The translations under genes were made by a program, and so were the position numbers. A DNA stretch of 49,370 bases from Octopus bimaculoides (lineage: Eukaryota). Every line of letters starts with the position of its first letter. Position 1 is the first letter of the stretch. The stretch is from NCBI RefSeq assembly GCF_001194135.2, contig NC_068989.1, positions 29,786,009 through 29,835,378 on the forward strand, given 5' to 3'. Below, one piece after another: positions 1 to 10,755 of the stretch. Below the pieces are notes generated by a model. It saw only the letters and a program-made list of their open reading frames with translations, did no database searches and had not been told where the DNA came from.

Positions 1-43
1 TATATATATATATATATATATCTGTTTTTCTATGGAATAATAT

Positions 44-2740
44 CTATAGTGAGAATTTACAGAAAGCCAAAAGATGAAGACGAGTGTGTAAACAACAAAC
101 ATGTATTAGTTTAATGCTTGGGAAGTGAGAAAGTCTTTTACATTTCGAGCCTACGCTCTTCAACAGAAAAGAAGACAGAAATAAACAGGGAGAGAAAATA
201 GAAAAGGGTTTAGTGGCTAGCAATCTATCATGGCGAATGCTGCACAGAGGGGTCACACACGAGAGCTAGGAAGAAGGGGAAATAATAAAGTAGTGGTGAT
301 CTCAAAACAAAGGTGCGCATGCTTGTGTATGTGAGAGCATGTATGTGCGTGTGGAAGGGGGCTGGTGATATTGACATGTGTGTGTGTGTGTGCATGTTTA
401 GGTGTGTGGATGATTGTGTAGGTGCTGGGAAGTTGTCAGTGCTAGTGTGTGCACTGGTGTGGGTGTTGGGAAGTGGTCAGTGCTAGTGTGTGCAGGGTGG
501 TGTGATGTGGTGTGGTATGGTGATGTGGTGTGGTGGTGTCTGGTGNNNNNNNNNNNNNNNNNNNNNNNNNNNNNNNNNNNNNNNNNNNNNNNNNNNNNNN
601 NNNNNNNNNNNNNNNNNNNNNNNNNNNNNNNNNNNNNNNNNNNNNNNNNNNNNNNNNNNNNNNNNNNNNNNNNNNNNNNNNNNNNNNNNNNNNNNNNNNN
701 NNNNNNNNNNNNNNNNNNNNNNNNNNNNNNNNNNNNNNNNNNNNNNNNNNNNNNNNNNNNNNNNNNNNNNNNNNNNNNNNNNNNNNNNNNNNNNNNNNNN
801 NNNNNNNNNNNNNNNNNNNNNNNNNNNNNNNNNNNNNNNNNNNNNNNNNNNNNNNNNNNNNNNNNNNNNNNNNNNNNNNNNNNNNNNNNNNNNNNNNNNN
901 NNNNNNNNNNNNNNNNNNNNNNNNNNNNNNNNNNNNNNNNNNNNNNNNNNNNNNNNNNNNNNNNNNNNNNNNNNNNNNNNNNNNNNNNNNNNNNNNNNNN
1001 NNGGATGAATAGGGATGGTGGGGTTGGAATGTGTAGTGGTGGGGTAACGAGGGAGGGGGTGACAATGAAAGGAGAGAGTGGAAGGGAGAAGGTGGGTAGA
1101 AGTGAAAAGAGGGAGTAGGTGCCAGAGTATGAGAGGAGAAGTGGGTGTGAGTGGAAGAGAGGAGAGGAGGAGGATTAGATGAAGAGGGGAGGACAGTTGA
1201 GCCCATGTGGCACAAAGGAGCGAAGACAGAAGATTAATCTCTGTTCACGGCAAAGATAGGAGTCCGGATGGCCCCTGTGCAAGGGCAATCTGAACACAGA
1301 GAGATGTTGTAAAGAGTGACCCGTAGAGTGGAAATGGCGTGAGACCAGGGTGTTGTTACCGAGTCTGATGTCTCGTAGGTGTTCCACGAACTAGTCAGCC
1401 AAGTGGTGTCCTGTTTGACCAATGTATAGAGAAGGACAGAGAGAGCAGGAGATGCAGTAGATGACGTTGCTAGAAGTGCAGGTGAAGGAGTCAGTGATAT
1501 GACAGGGTCAATAATGAGTGCCTGTGAGGAGGGTGGTGTTGGAGAGGTAAGGGCAAGTGCAGCAGCATGGGTGGGAGCAGAAGAATGAACCGGGTTGGGA
1601 GGTTAGTTTAGGAAAGAAGCTGTGGTCCAAGAGGTCTCATAAGTTGTGGGCTCATTTGAAGGAAGGGGGTTGGTTAGAGAAGATGTGCGAAGTGGAGGGG
1701 TCAGACTAGAGTCGCTGGAGGGCTCAGAGAATGGTGCATTGGAGAGGTAGGGTGGTAGGCGAGGGGAAACGGGAGACGGTGGGGTGGGTGTGGGGGAAGA
1801 GAGCAGATGCACGGTTCATGTAACGTTCTCTGGCAAGGGCGGTATGGATAGTGGTGAANNNNNNNNNNGCTGTGGTCCAAGAGGTCTCATAAGTTGTGGG
1901 CTCATTTGAAGGAAGGGGGTTGGTTAGAGAAGATGTGCGAAGTGGAGGGGTCAGACTAGAGTCGCTGGAGGGCTCAGAGAATGGTGCATTGGAGAGGTAG
2001 GGTGGTAGGCGAGGGGAAACGGGAGACGGTGGGGTGGGTGTGGGGGAAGAGAGCAGATGCACGGTTCATGTAACGTTCTCTGGCAAGGGCGGTATGGATA
2101 GTGGTGAAGGAATATCCACGTAGAATGAAATGGCGAGCCATGAGCTGAGACTGAGTCTCAAAGTCATGGTTGTCACTGCAGAGCCTGTGTAGATGGAGGA
2201 ATAGGGAATAGGGATGGAGAGCTTGGTGTGTTTAGGGTGGGAGGAGAAGTTGAGGTATGAGTGTGAGTCTGTGTGTTTGTAGTGGATGGAGGTGGAGAGA
2301 GTAGAGTGTGACCGAAATGTTGAGAAAGGGGACTGAGGTGTTGGAAATAGCGCAGGAGAAGTGGAGGGCAGGATGGAAAGATTTGACAAAAGAGAGGAAG
2401 GAGTCTAGATGTTCGTGGGAGAGTGAGGTCGCACTGATACAGTCATCAATATAACGACCATATAGTTCAGGAGTGGGACCAGTGAAACTTGAGAATATCT
2501 GGGCCTCAACATAGCCAATGAACAGGTTCGCATAGTTGGGGCCCATTCTCATTCCCATGGCCACTCCTGAGAACTGCTGGTAAAAATCAACCGCAAACGA
2601 GAAGCAGTTAAGTGAGAGGACAAGTTTGGCCAGACAAAGGAGTGTGGATGTGTCAGGTTGGGGGTTGGGTCAAAAGTCTAGGAAATGTTGGAGTGCACGC
2701 AGTCCCTCATGGTGAGGGATCACGTGTATAGACTCTTGAA
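44..2740 (-). mobile_element. Penelope-like element (Poseidon/Neptune type), 5'-truncated, decayed: RT + GIY-YIG + pseudo-LTR
   Basis: RT motifs SLYT-IPHHEG, GVAMGMRMGPNYANLF and GRYIDD; thumb TDSHSYLNFSSHP; GIY-YIG tail EHLRDIRLGNNTLVSRHF...REQRLIFCLRSFVPHGLN; then a CAC-rich tract, a gap, and a terminal repeat at 44-360. Confidence 0.9.
133..172 (-). ncRNA. Minimal type I hammerhead ribozyme-like motif in Penelope pseudo-LTR (variant core)
   Basis: Minus strand UCUUUU-CUGUUGA-A-GAGC-GUAG-GCUC-GAAA-UGU-A-AAAGAC shows a 4-bp stem II, short stem I, and a near-palindromic stem III with a GUA triplet. Confidence 0.65.
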
Positions 2741-3300
2741 CAGCTATGCATTTCTGAACAGCTATGCATTTCTCCCATTTATGTCTCTTTGATAAAAACC
2801 CAAAGGTTTTGAAATCAAAAAAATCCTTGAATTCAGTTTCGACTTTGGTTTTGGTTTTTGCCTTAAAAAAGTGTCCAGGTGCTTGAAAAAGTGGTAAAGT
2901 CTCATATCCCAAGTCTGTGAACTTTTGCAGTGTCATCCTGGAAACATATGGTTGAGTGTCGTCGTGGAGCAGAATTGGACCACGTTGATTAACAAGCGCA
3001 GGTCTCATTTTGCTCAAGTGAACATGCATTTCTTCTAGTTGCTTACAGTAAACTTCTGATGTAATGCTCTGGTTAGGTTCCAGAAAGCTGTATTGTTTTC
3101 AAATGCTGATCATCAAGGGTGGATGGACGCCCTCTACCTTCTTGATCTTCAAGGCTCTCATCCTCACTACAGAATCTCTCAAACCACTGTTTTACTGTTG
3201 GATCACTAGTGGACCTGTCACACAACTCACTGCTTTGTTGATATTGGTGGCTGTTTGGGAAGTATTATGTTGAAGCTTGAATTCATGCAAAAGAATTAAA
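2738..3300 (-). mobile_element. Decayed mariner transposase remnant
   Basis: N-terminal HTH-like WFERFCSEDESLEDQEGR; catalytic-region RGPILLHDDTQPYVSRMTLQKFTDLGYETLP; C-terminal WEKCIAVQ. Stops and deletions present. Confidence 0.8.
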
Positions 3301-3406
3301 TGCATTTTTCCCTTTTTTTTAATGTTTGAAATTAAAGATTTATATGCTTCAAAATTATATTATGAAAGAAATCAATCAAAAAATATTAAAGAGTGCACAT
3401 CTTTAA

Positions 3407-4410
3407 CCCTTTCGTTACTAACCCAGCTGTAGCCGGCCGAAAAAGTTTTTGGTTCATAAGACCAACCCGGCCGAGAGTACCCATTGTTATTTAAATGAAT
3501 ATTTGAACCCAAATCTCATTAGTACATTCGTTAAAACATGTGATTTCACTTTGCAAACAGTTGAGTTATTGTATCCAACATTGTTTGGCGTGATATTTGA
3601 ACTCAGTGAATTTTGGAAGATTTTTTTCCACATTTTTTGCAGCGTTAATTTTTTTCAACTTTGAAGATGGAGAGAAGTTTCATGCTATCAAGCAGTGATT
3701 CCGAATTTAAAGGTTTTTTCAACAGAAGATATGGAGATATTGAAGAAAAGAATGAATGAGCTACAAAAGCACGTGGTGAACGATAATGAATCGGATATTT
3801 CTGTATCCGAAACTGAAAGCAGTGACGGAATGGTGAAAGCGAGGATGATTTTACACCAGAATGGAGTAATGATTTAAAAAATATTTTTATTAAAAATTTT
3901 TTCTGAGGAGACAGGGTCTACCCATAGTCTTTCTCAGGAAGCGAAACCTTTAGACTTCTTTTTCTTATTTTTTCCAACATGCTTGTTTGAAATGATTANN
4001 NNNNNNNNCCTGCAACCGTAGATGAAATACGGGCATTTTTTGCCATAAATATTATTATGGGTATTAGACAGTTACCCAGAATAACAAATTACTGGAGCAA
4101 TCAGGAACCTTTTGGCGATGAATATGTTTCCAGTATTATGATGCGAGTACGATTTGTGAAGCTGAACCAATATTTACATGTGAGAGACACTAGCAGTACC
4201 CTAGTACGTGGAGAACTTTGAGACAAAAATTATGCAATAGAATTGATTAAGAACCCTTTCTTCAATTATGTTCCAAATATCACAATTATATGTTGATAAA
4301 TAAAAAAGTTACAGGTGTTTAATGAGACTAGTCTAAATTCATGATTATTTTAGAATTTCATTGAAACTCATGAGGGGTGTATTTTGGTCAGAAATATAGT
4401 AACGAAAGGG
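3407..4410 (+). mobile_element. piggyBac internal-deletion derivative
   Basis: Perfect 14-bp TIRs CCCTTTCGTTACTA (3407-3420) / TAGTAACGAAAGGG (4397-4410), each flanked by TTAA (3403-3406, 4411-4414). Internal transposase remnant reads DEIRAFFAINIIMGIRQLPRITNYWS...MMRVRFVKLNQYLHV. Confidence 0.92.
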
Positions 4411-5099
4411 TTAAACATGTAAAATTTCATCTAAAACACTACAAAATTAACATCTAAAATTGAGTTTGAGAAAATATTTTTGGAAAATTGGATAGTATTT
4501 TCCGAACGTAATATCTTCCTTTAATAAAGGTGTCCTTGTATATTTATGACTCATTTTACTAATGAATATTTATTTTCCATAGAATTTAGTTAGTTGTTAA
4601 AGTTTATGTGCAATAAATTGGTTATACATCTACAATATACAAAATATTTTAACAATTTTTATACAAGTCCTAATAATATTTAATTTTAAAAATACAAAAG
4701 GATTTTTTAAACATTGAACAGCTATGGGGGTCTACTAGAGTAAAATAGAAATCAAAGGGGTCCTTAGGTAAAAATGATTGAGAAGTTTTCAACAGCTACA
4801 ACCCTATATTTTACAGCTTTCAACTCTATATTTTACCCATCACATATCATCCAAGTACATTATATGTCCTTACCAGTGCAGTCATCTTTGCACACAAGAA
4901 CCCAATTGATTTCAAATTTTGATAACCAATTGATTTCAAATTTTGTATGAGAAATTTTATTTGATCTCTCAAGTGTATAGCATTTTGATCATACTCACTT
5001 TGTTCCTTTCTAGTCACTGCAAGCCTTGTATTTACTGCTCACATTTCACTCCCATGTAACAATATACTTGTGACATAATTAACAACAACAGTAGCAGGT

Positions 5100-5345
5100 G
5101 ATATTTTCTAATGAGCCCACTAGCTATCTGTAACATCAGTTACTGAATAGACCGAGATTCTATATATTATTGACAGGGGAATCAGTTGTTGTGTCTTGCA
5201 GAATATCTCCTATTGAGAAGTTCAAGAAATGACGAAATTACATGATCTGGCAGTTCTGGTGGTTGCAGCAGACTGTTATTGCCCATCAGCAATATAAGCA
5301 CAAGTATTTTTATGCACCACAAGTCAATATGAGAGGTCTTCATAT
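5100..5345 (-). repeat. Diverged copy of the 330-bp unit found at 16733-17596
   Basis: Shared motifs ttttatgcacca...atatgagagg and ctaatgagcccactagctatctgtaaca versus taataagcctactggctatttgtaaca. Confidence 0.5.
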
Positions 5346-6010
5346 GATAAATAACACAATGTCCACTTTTGGTGGAAGATAAGCACTTGTTATATGTTTC
5401 ATAAAAAATCTACTCTTTATTGCTAAGATAGGCAACAGTTCTTTTAATAATTTTGAACTTGTTATTGTTGTAACAAAATAAATTTATACCGCCTAATTAA
5501 CAAATTGAATATTTATCAAAAATATACTGCAACATGCAGAAAGGTATCCAGTAAATTACAAATTAAATCAATTTATAATAATGAGAATGATGAGACATGA
5601 TTTTCTCCTTAGCATAAATTAAAGAAGCCAAATACATACTCACACCTACTGAAATATAGTAACAAAGAAAAAAGAACCAGCACAGATTTATATAAATATA
5701 GGACAGACTTACAAGCAAAAAACACGTTTCTTTTAGCAAGGCCAATATTTTGCAGAAGTTGTAGTATAGTCAATTAAATTACTGATAATTATTTGAACTT
5801 TTACAACAAAGTTAGGGCTGACTTTGCTTTTCATATTTATGGAAAGCAAAATTGGTCAGACAGAATTTAAACTTATTGCATTACCAAAGTAATTCTGGTA
5901 ACGTGTCTACCTCAATATTTATTTTTTTATCAAGATATATATCTTTTTAATCAACTATGCTGTTGAAAGTGTTCTATCAATTTCAGAATCCCTTTCATTA
6001 TAGAGCTTAA

Positions 6011-6222
6011 CACTTTAACACCGGTCTTGTCCAGCCTAAATATTCTTCCTGTTTTATGTTCAAACTAGCCAGATCTGGCCTCTTAGACTATCCTGCAATG
6101 TCATTGCTAAAGTAAAGAATCCCATCATTGAAATCTCAAAACTACAAAACAGTGTATGAGTAATTCACAATAATGTAACTATATATTATATAATTTGATA
6201 GAGTAATCTGAATGCTAAAGGG
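6011..6222. mobile_element. piggyBac-type MITE (about 210 bp)
   Basis: TTAA at both ends. Right end gagtaatctgaatgctaaaggg|ttaa carries the piggyBac CCCTT terminus; the left TIR is degenerate. Confidence 0.6.
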
Positions 6223-6732
6223 TTAAGCTACCTGCATTAAGAGTTTATACTTTAACATAGTGATTATATACAACTAAGTGAGCTACTGAAACTAGTGTTG
6301 ATGATGTGATATGAACCATAGGCCATGATGTCAGACTGACATTATTTTGGTTAGCTTAAGACAGAAAAAAACTTAGTTTAAAAGATAGAATAAAAACTTA
6401 CCACTCTTGCATTTAGTCTTCAGTCATAAATACTTTAAGAAAAATACTTGAATTTGAAATTTTTATAAACTTTCCAATAAAAAAAACTAGTCAAAACTTT
6501 TAAAAAATCTTTTAAGAGATTACAATGAAAACCTTTTATAAGATTTTATCTTGATATTGATCAGGAAGTCATAGTTTGTATAGAAAATTTTAATTATGAA
6601 CAACTGTCAAGGATTTTATAACTCTGAAATAAAAAAGATGAACAATTTTCAGATATGATGCATAGGTCTTGAGAACACTAATGTCAAGTTTTAATACATT
6701 TTCACCATATTTCAATTGTTCCAAATTTACGA

Positions 6733-6738
6733 TTTATT
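6733..6738 (-). terminator. Candidate ANKZF1 polyadenylation signal AATAAA
   Basis: tttatt on + strand about 110 nt past the stop codon. AT-rich context makes chance occurrence likely. Confidence 0.3.
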
Positions 6739-6845
6739 CAGTTCAGAAGTAGTTTATCTATTTTTTTAAAACTAAGATTTAAGCGGTTATCATTTATGGA
6801 CTCAAAAACCTGAAGCAGAATTTTTTCTCTCCATTAAAGCTGCAA

Positions 6846-6963
6846 TCAGCTGGTCTTTGATTTTAAACGGTGATCCTTAAGGCATTTTGGTGTACAGAAT
6901 CTGAAATTGTAATATTCAAATGGGACCAGTCCACTGATATTACATTGACATTGTGAGCACCGG
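6846..6963 (-). CDS. ANKZF1: ANKZF1 last coding exon, C-terminal Vms1-associated treble-clef zinc finger
   Basis: Long polypyrimidine acceptor ttttcttttcttttctag. Phase 2 joins AG+C = Ser, then RCSQCQCNISGLVPFEYYNFRFCTPKCLKDHRLKSKTS-TGA (human [32 protein letters not shown]). Confidence 0.96.
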
Positions 6964-7808
6964 CTAGAAAAGAAAAGAAAAAAAAAATGTCAGTTTTGTT
7001 CAGAACTTCATTCAAATGGATGGTTATGTGAATTATCATTTAATGTGATTATGCCATTGTTTGATGAACAGAATATTACTTGAAAGCTCTGTTAAGATCT
7101 GGCTTAAATAACAATTTATTGTTATGTATAGAGACACTTATTGCAGCTTAACTGGTTTAGGCTGGTAAAGAGTAAATATAGATAAAATAATGTTCAACAG
7201 AATTGTGAATGACTAAACTTGATACTGATAATTCACTTGGGTTTACAAAGTCTAAGTCTCATTTTTGGTAATTAATTTTTGAGTCACTCAAGGCTAGTTG
7301 ACAATGTGTGGGCAAATTATGATAGTATACATCTAACTAGATGCATATTCTTATCCATTTTAACATCTAGAAAAGGATTTGAATGAAGATAGCCTAAGAA
7401 ATTTCTTGGATAACAACATAATACCTCAACTACACAGACATACACAAATATATCTTTTCCTTACTTTAAATCCTTTCAGTCATAGTCAGATGGTGTTTGC
7501 ATATGTGGGAGTTTGTGTATCTTTGCAAAAATTGTTTTAGATAGACACCTTGCCTACTGCTAACCATATTACCATGTGATCTGTTTGTCATCTAGACAGA
7601 TAGTGAATGTCGAAAGTCGTAAGGTTTAGATTTAATGAATGTGTTCCAGCAATTTAACCTGTCAGTTTTTGACATGATCACTTTGGTGGTACATTTTCAA
7701 CACTTATAAAAAATAAACATTAATTTTTACGTTCTAATGCTTTTTCCTTTCTTTTCAGAATATTTTATACCATAGGGGTTAAATTTATATCAATTTTACC
7801 CTTTTAAA

Positions 7809-8508
7809 ATGAGTTTAGATCACACCCACATCAGTCACTGCATGCTAAATGAATTCAAAAGGAATTCTTTAGCAATGGAAGCAGCAAGAAGTATTTGTTT
7901 TGCTTATGGAAATGAAGCTTTAAGTGTCTGGACATGCCAATGATGGTTTGGCCAGTTTTGCTTGGGAAGATTTTCTCTTGCAGATTCTCCTCAATCTGCA
8001 TGACCAAGTTCTGCCAATATTGAGCTTCTGAAAACTGTAGTTGAGGAAAATCTAAAGAAAGCTGAATGAGGATTAGCAAAACAGTGTCTAATGTTGGGTA
8101 ATGTGTCCCTCATCATCTGACTATTTCTCAGCTTAATCAAAGAGTTGTCCTTTACTTGTCATTGACTTGTTACTGAACCTTTCCAGGGAAAATCACCCCA
8201 AGTTATGAAAAGCGAGTTCTCTTTAATCATATCCAACAAAAATGCCAATGGCAAGCACTCAATGAAAAAGGAAAATCATTCCACAAACCAGACCTACATC
8301 CGAAAAAGTTATGCCCCATGTTTGATAGAATATGAAGGGTGTCAATCATCTTTCCAGATCCTTGCAACATTATTTAGCGAGAAAACAGTTTATTAATTGT
8401 GTACAGGTTAAAAATGACAATGACTATTTCTTCACTTCGGAATCTGGAGAATTATACACCAAAAATTTCAACAATTTGCAAAATAATGAAGGGGAATATT
8501 ATCTGGAA
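7809..8508 (+). mobile_element. Decayed mariner transposase (second family)
   Basis: MSLDHTHISHCMLNEFKRNSLAMEAARSICFAYGNEALSVWTCQ*WFGQF...; KPDLHPKKVM; terminal NEGEYYLE*. Multiple stops and deletions. Confidence 0.82.
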
Positions 8509-8579
8509 TAAAAATGTCTTTCTCCTCCTGAAATGCAACAAGACTTTCTTTTCAATCTAATACTAGATGGATATAATAA

Positions 8580-9312
8580 TACATCATCATTACCATCACC
8601 ACCATCATCATGATGATGATCATCAGTTAACATCCATTTTCCATGCTGCAAGGTTTGACATGGAGCTGGCCAGTGAGGACTCCAATTGTCTGTTGTGGCA
8701 TGGTTTCTGGATGCTCTTCTTTATGCTAACCACTTTACAAAGTGCGCTGGGTGCATTTACACAGCACCGGCATAAGTGCATTTTATATGGCACTGGCACC
8801 TGTAAAGGACAACCCTGTATGTATAGATGACAGTAATTTTACATATCTTGGCACGATTTTTCAAGTACAGTAAATCACCACAACTCTCAGTCCCTTGTCA
8901 TTTCCTCAGTGAGGCCCAGCATCTTAAAATCCTTTCTCACCCAAATCTTCCTGGGTTTACCTCATCCACAAGTTCCCTCTACAATTACTGCTCGGAACTT
9001 CTTTATGCAGCTGTCCTCATCCATATGTATCACAGAACCAAACCAGTGCAGTCTTTTCTCCTGCACACATCTAATACCTCTTACACCCAGTTTTCCTCTC
9101 AAATCACTTGCACTCTGTCATGTGTGCACACTGACATCACCCATCCAGTGGAGCATGCTAGCATAATTTCTTTCAAGCCTTCGTAAGTCCTCTGTAGTCA
9201 AAGCTCATGTTTCACTGCTATGGAGCATAGCTGTACACATACAGGTATCATACAATCTGCCTTTCACTCTGAGGGAGAGGTCCTTAGGTGCCAACAAAGA
9301 TAGAAGCTCTCA
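8580..9312 (-). mobile_element. RTE LINE 3' fragment with (GAT)n-type tail
   Basis: Homologous to the RT C-terminus and 3' UTR of the copies at 13575-16668 and 30031-32182. Its 5' end lies about 25 nt from the ANKZF1 donor at 9337. Confidence 0.8.
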
Positions 9313-9337
9313 ACATGCTAAATATAATATATCATAC

Positions 9338-9405
9338 CTAAAAACAGGTTTCTCTTCATCAGACTCTTTTGCATCTAAGATTCGGCGTTCAGCTGCAAGA
9401 GCTCT
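9338..9405 (-). CDS. ANKZF1: ANKZF1 penultimate coding exon
   Basis: Acceptor atatttccag, donor gtatga. 68 nt = RALAAERRILDAKESDEEKPVF+AG (human RALAAERRL). Phase 0-2. Confidence 0.95.
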
Positions 9406-10377
9406 CTGGAAATATTTTAAATTTAAGATAAATTACTTGTTTTTTAAATCAAAGAAAACTCAACAAAAAATATATTTAATATTTTTAATTACTGGAATTC
9501 ATAAATAGATTTCTTTTCTTCTAAAGGATTTTTAAACACTGTCACTATCTTCTTAAACAAGCTAAGCTGAAAATTTGCTTCATTTGAATTTCCATTTAAA
9601 AGTGAATTTTAGGAAGATTACTATGATGTGAAAAATAAAATTGTTCAACATAAAGATTGATCTTTAGTATTTTTACTACATTACTACACACTGCTTGAGG
9701 TATTCATCTCAGTTACTACTTTTCTACATAAATATATTGCATTTGGCTTGGGTTGATTTCATGTCTTGTTTAATTTAATAGTGCTTCAAAAAGGATTGTA
9801 ATATAAATAAACTCTTGTCTTGTATGAATTATAACTTTTTTCAGAATGTTCATGATTTATCTCTATTTTTATTTCTTGCTTTTATCAAGGCTTGTTGCCA
9901 CTTCCATCAAAAAGGGAAGTAGTTTGTTTATATGATAATTCCATTATTTAGTGGCTGTTCTGAAAGAATTATCAGTCAGTTCAGTACTCTGATGCCAAAG
10001 TGATTCCTCCAACTTTTGATTAACTGGTTCATATTTTATTGATGAAAGACTAGTCGACTAATACAGGTTGTGGATCGCAACTCACAGACAGAAGTTGTTA
10101 ATAGTAAGAATTAATTCTGATATTTTTCTATCTGCATTAGCTCACCATGAATATGTACTCAGTTAACAAGTGTTCTTTATAGATGTTTTCATTAATTAAA
10201 CAGATTTGGTTTAATTATATTAATTGCAAGAGCTTAAATAAAATTAGCATTGCCTATACTTTAAAAGAGACCTCTTTCCAAGTATTCTTAAAATGCAACT
10301 CTTAGAGTGAATTAACATCAGCTAATTATCTTCTTAAAAATAATAATTAGTGCAGGGTATAATGTGTATTGTGTTAC

Positions 10378-10491
10378 TTTTTCTCGTTCAGAGAGATTTT
10401 TGAAACGAAGCGCTTCCAATTTCTGTTGTTGCTGTTTCAAGTTGCTCTCTTCAATAGAAGCTTCTCTTTGCTTGTCAATAGATCTTCTTTC
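10378..10491 (-). CDS. ANKZF1: ANKZF1 internal exon (coiled coil)
   Basis: Acceptor atatttttcag, donor gtaaca. 114 nt = ERRSIDKQREASIEESNLKQQQQKLEALRFKNLSEREK (human RRFAALSDREK). Phase 0-0. Confidence 0.94.
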
Positions 10492-10562
10492 CTGAAAAAT
10501 ATTTCAATGTGGATCTTTAATTTTCAGCTAGCAGTATACAACAATAAAAATTTTAAGCAATA

Positions 10563-10755
10563 AGGAGCCTCCATGTGGTTGTTAGAGGTACTAGAAATAG
10601 CAGCTGAATTTTCTTCAAAATCATACACCCTACCACATCAAAATAAGAAAAGGATATACGAGAAAATGCAGTCCTAGAACATCTACAAAAAATGAGATGG
10701 TTGCAGTTGAAATACCTTTGACCATAGGTCTGTTAGATAAGAGCTGACCTGGAGA
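10563..10755. repeat. Short interspersed repeat fragment
   Basis: Recalled octopus-type repeat motif ctagaaatagcagc...caccctacc...tttgaccataggtctg...gctgacctgg. Confidence 0.4.

Noticed and set aside
414-1215. Long ORFs crossing N runs (also 25485-26508, 33673-34354, 41025-41807)
   Set aside because: Artefacts of translating gaps as X.
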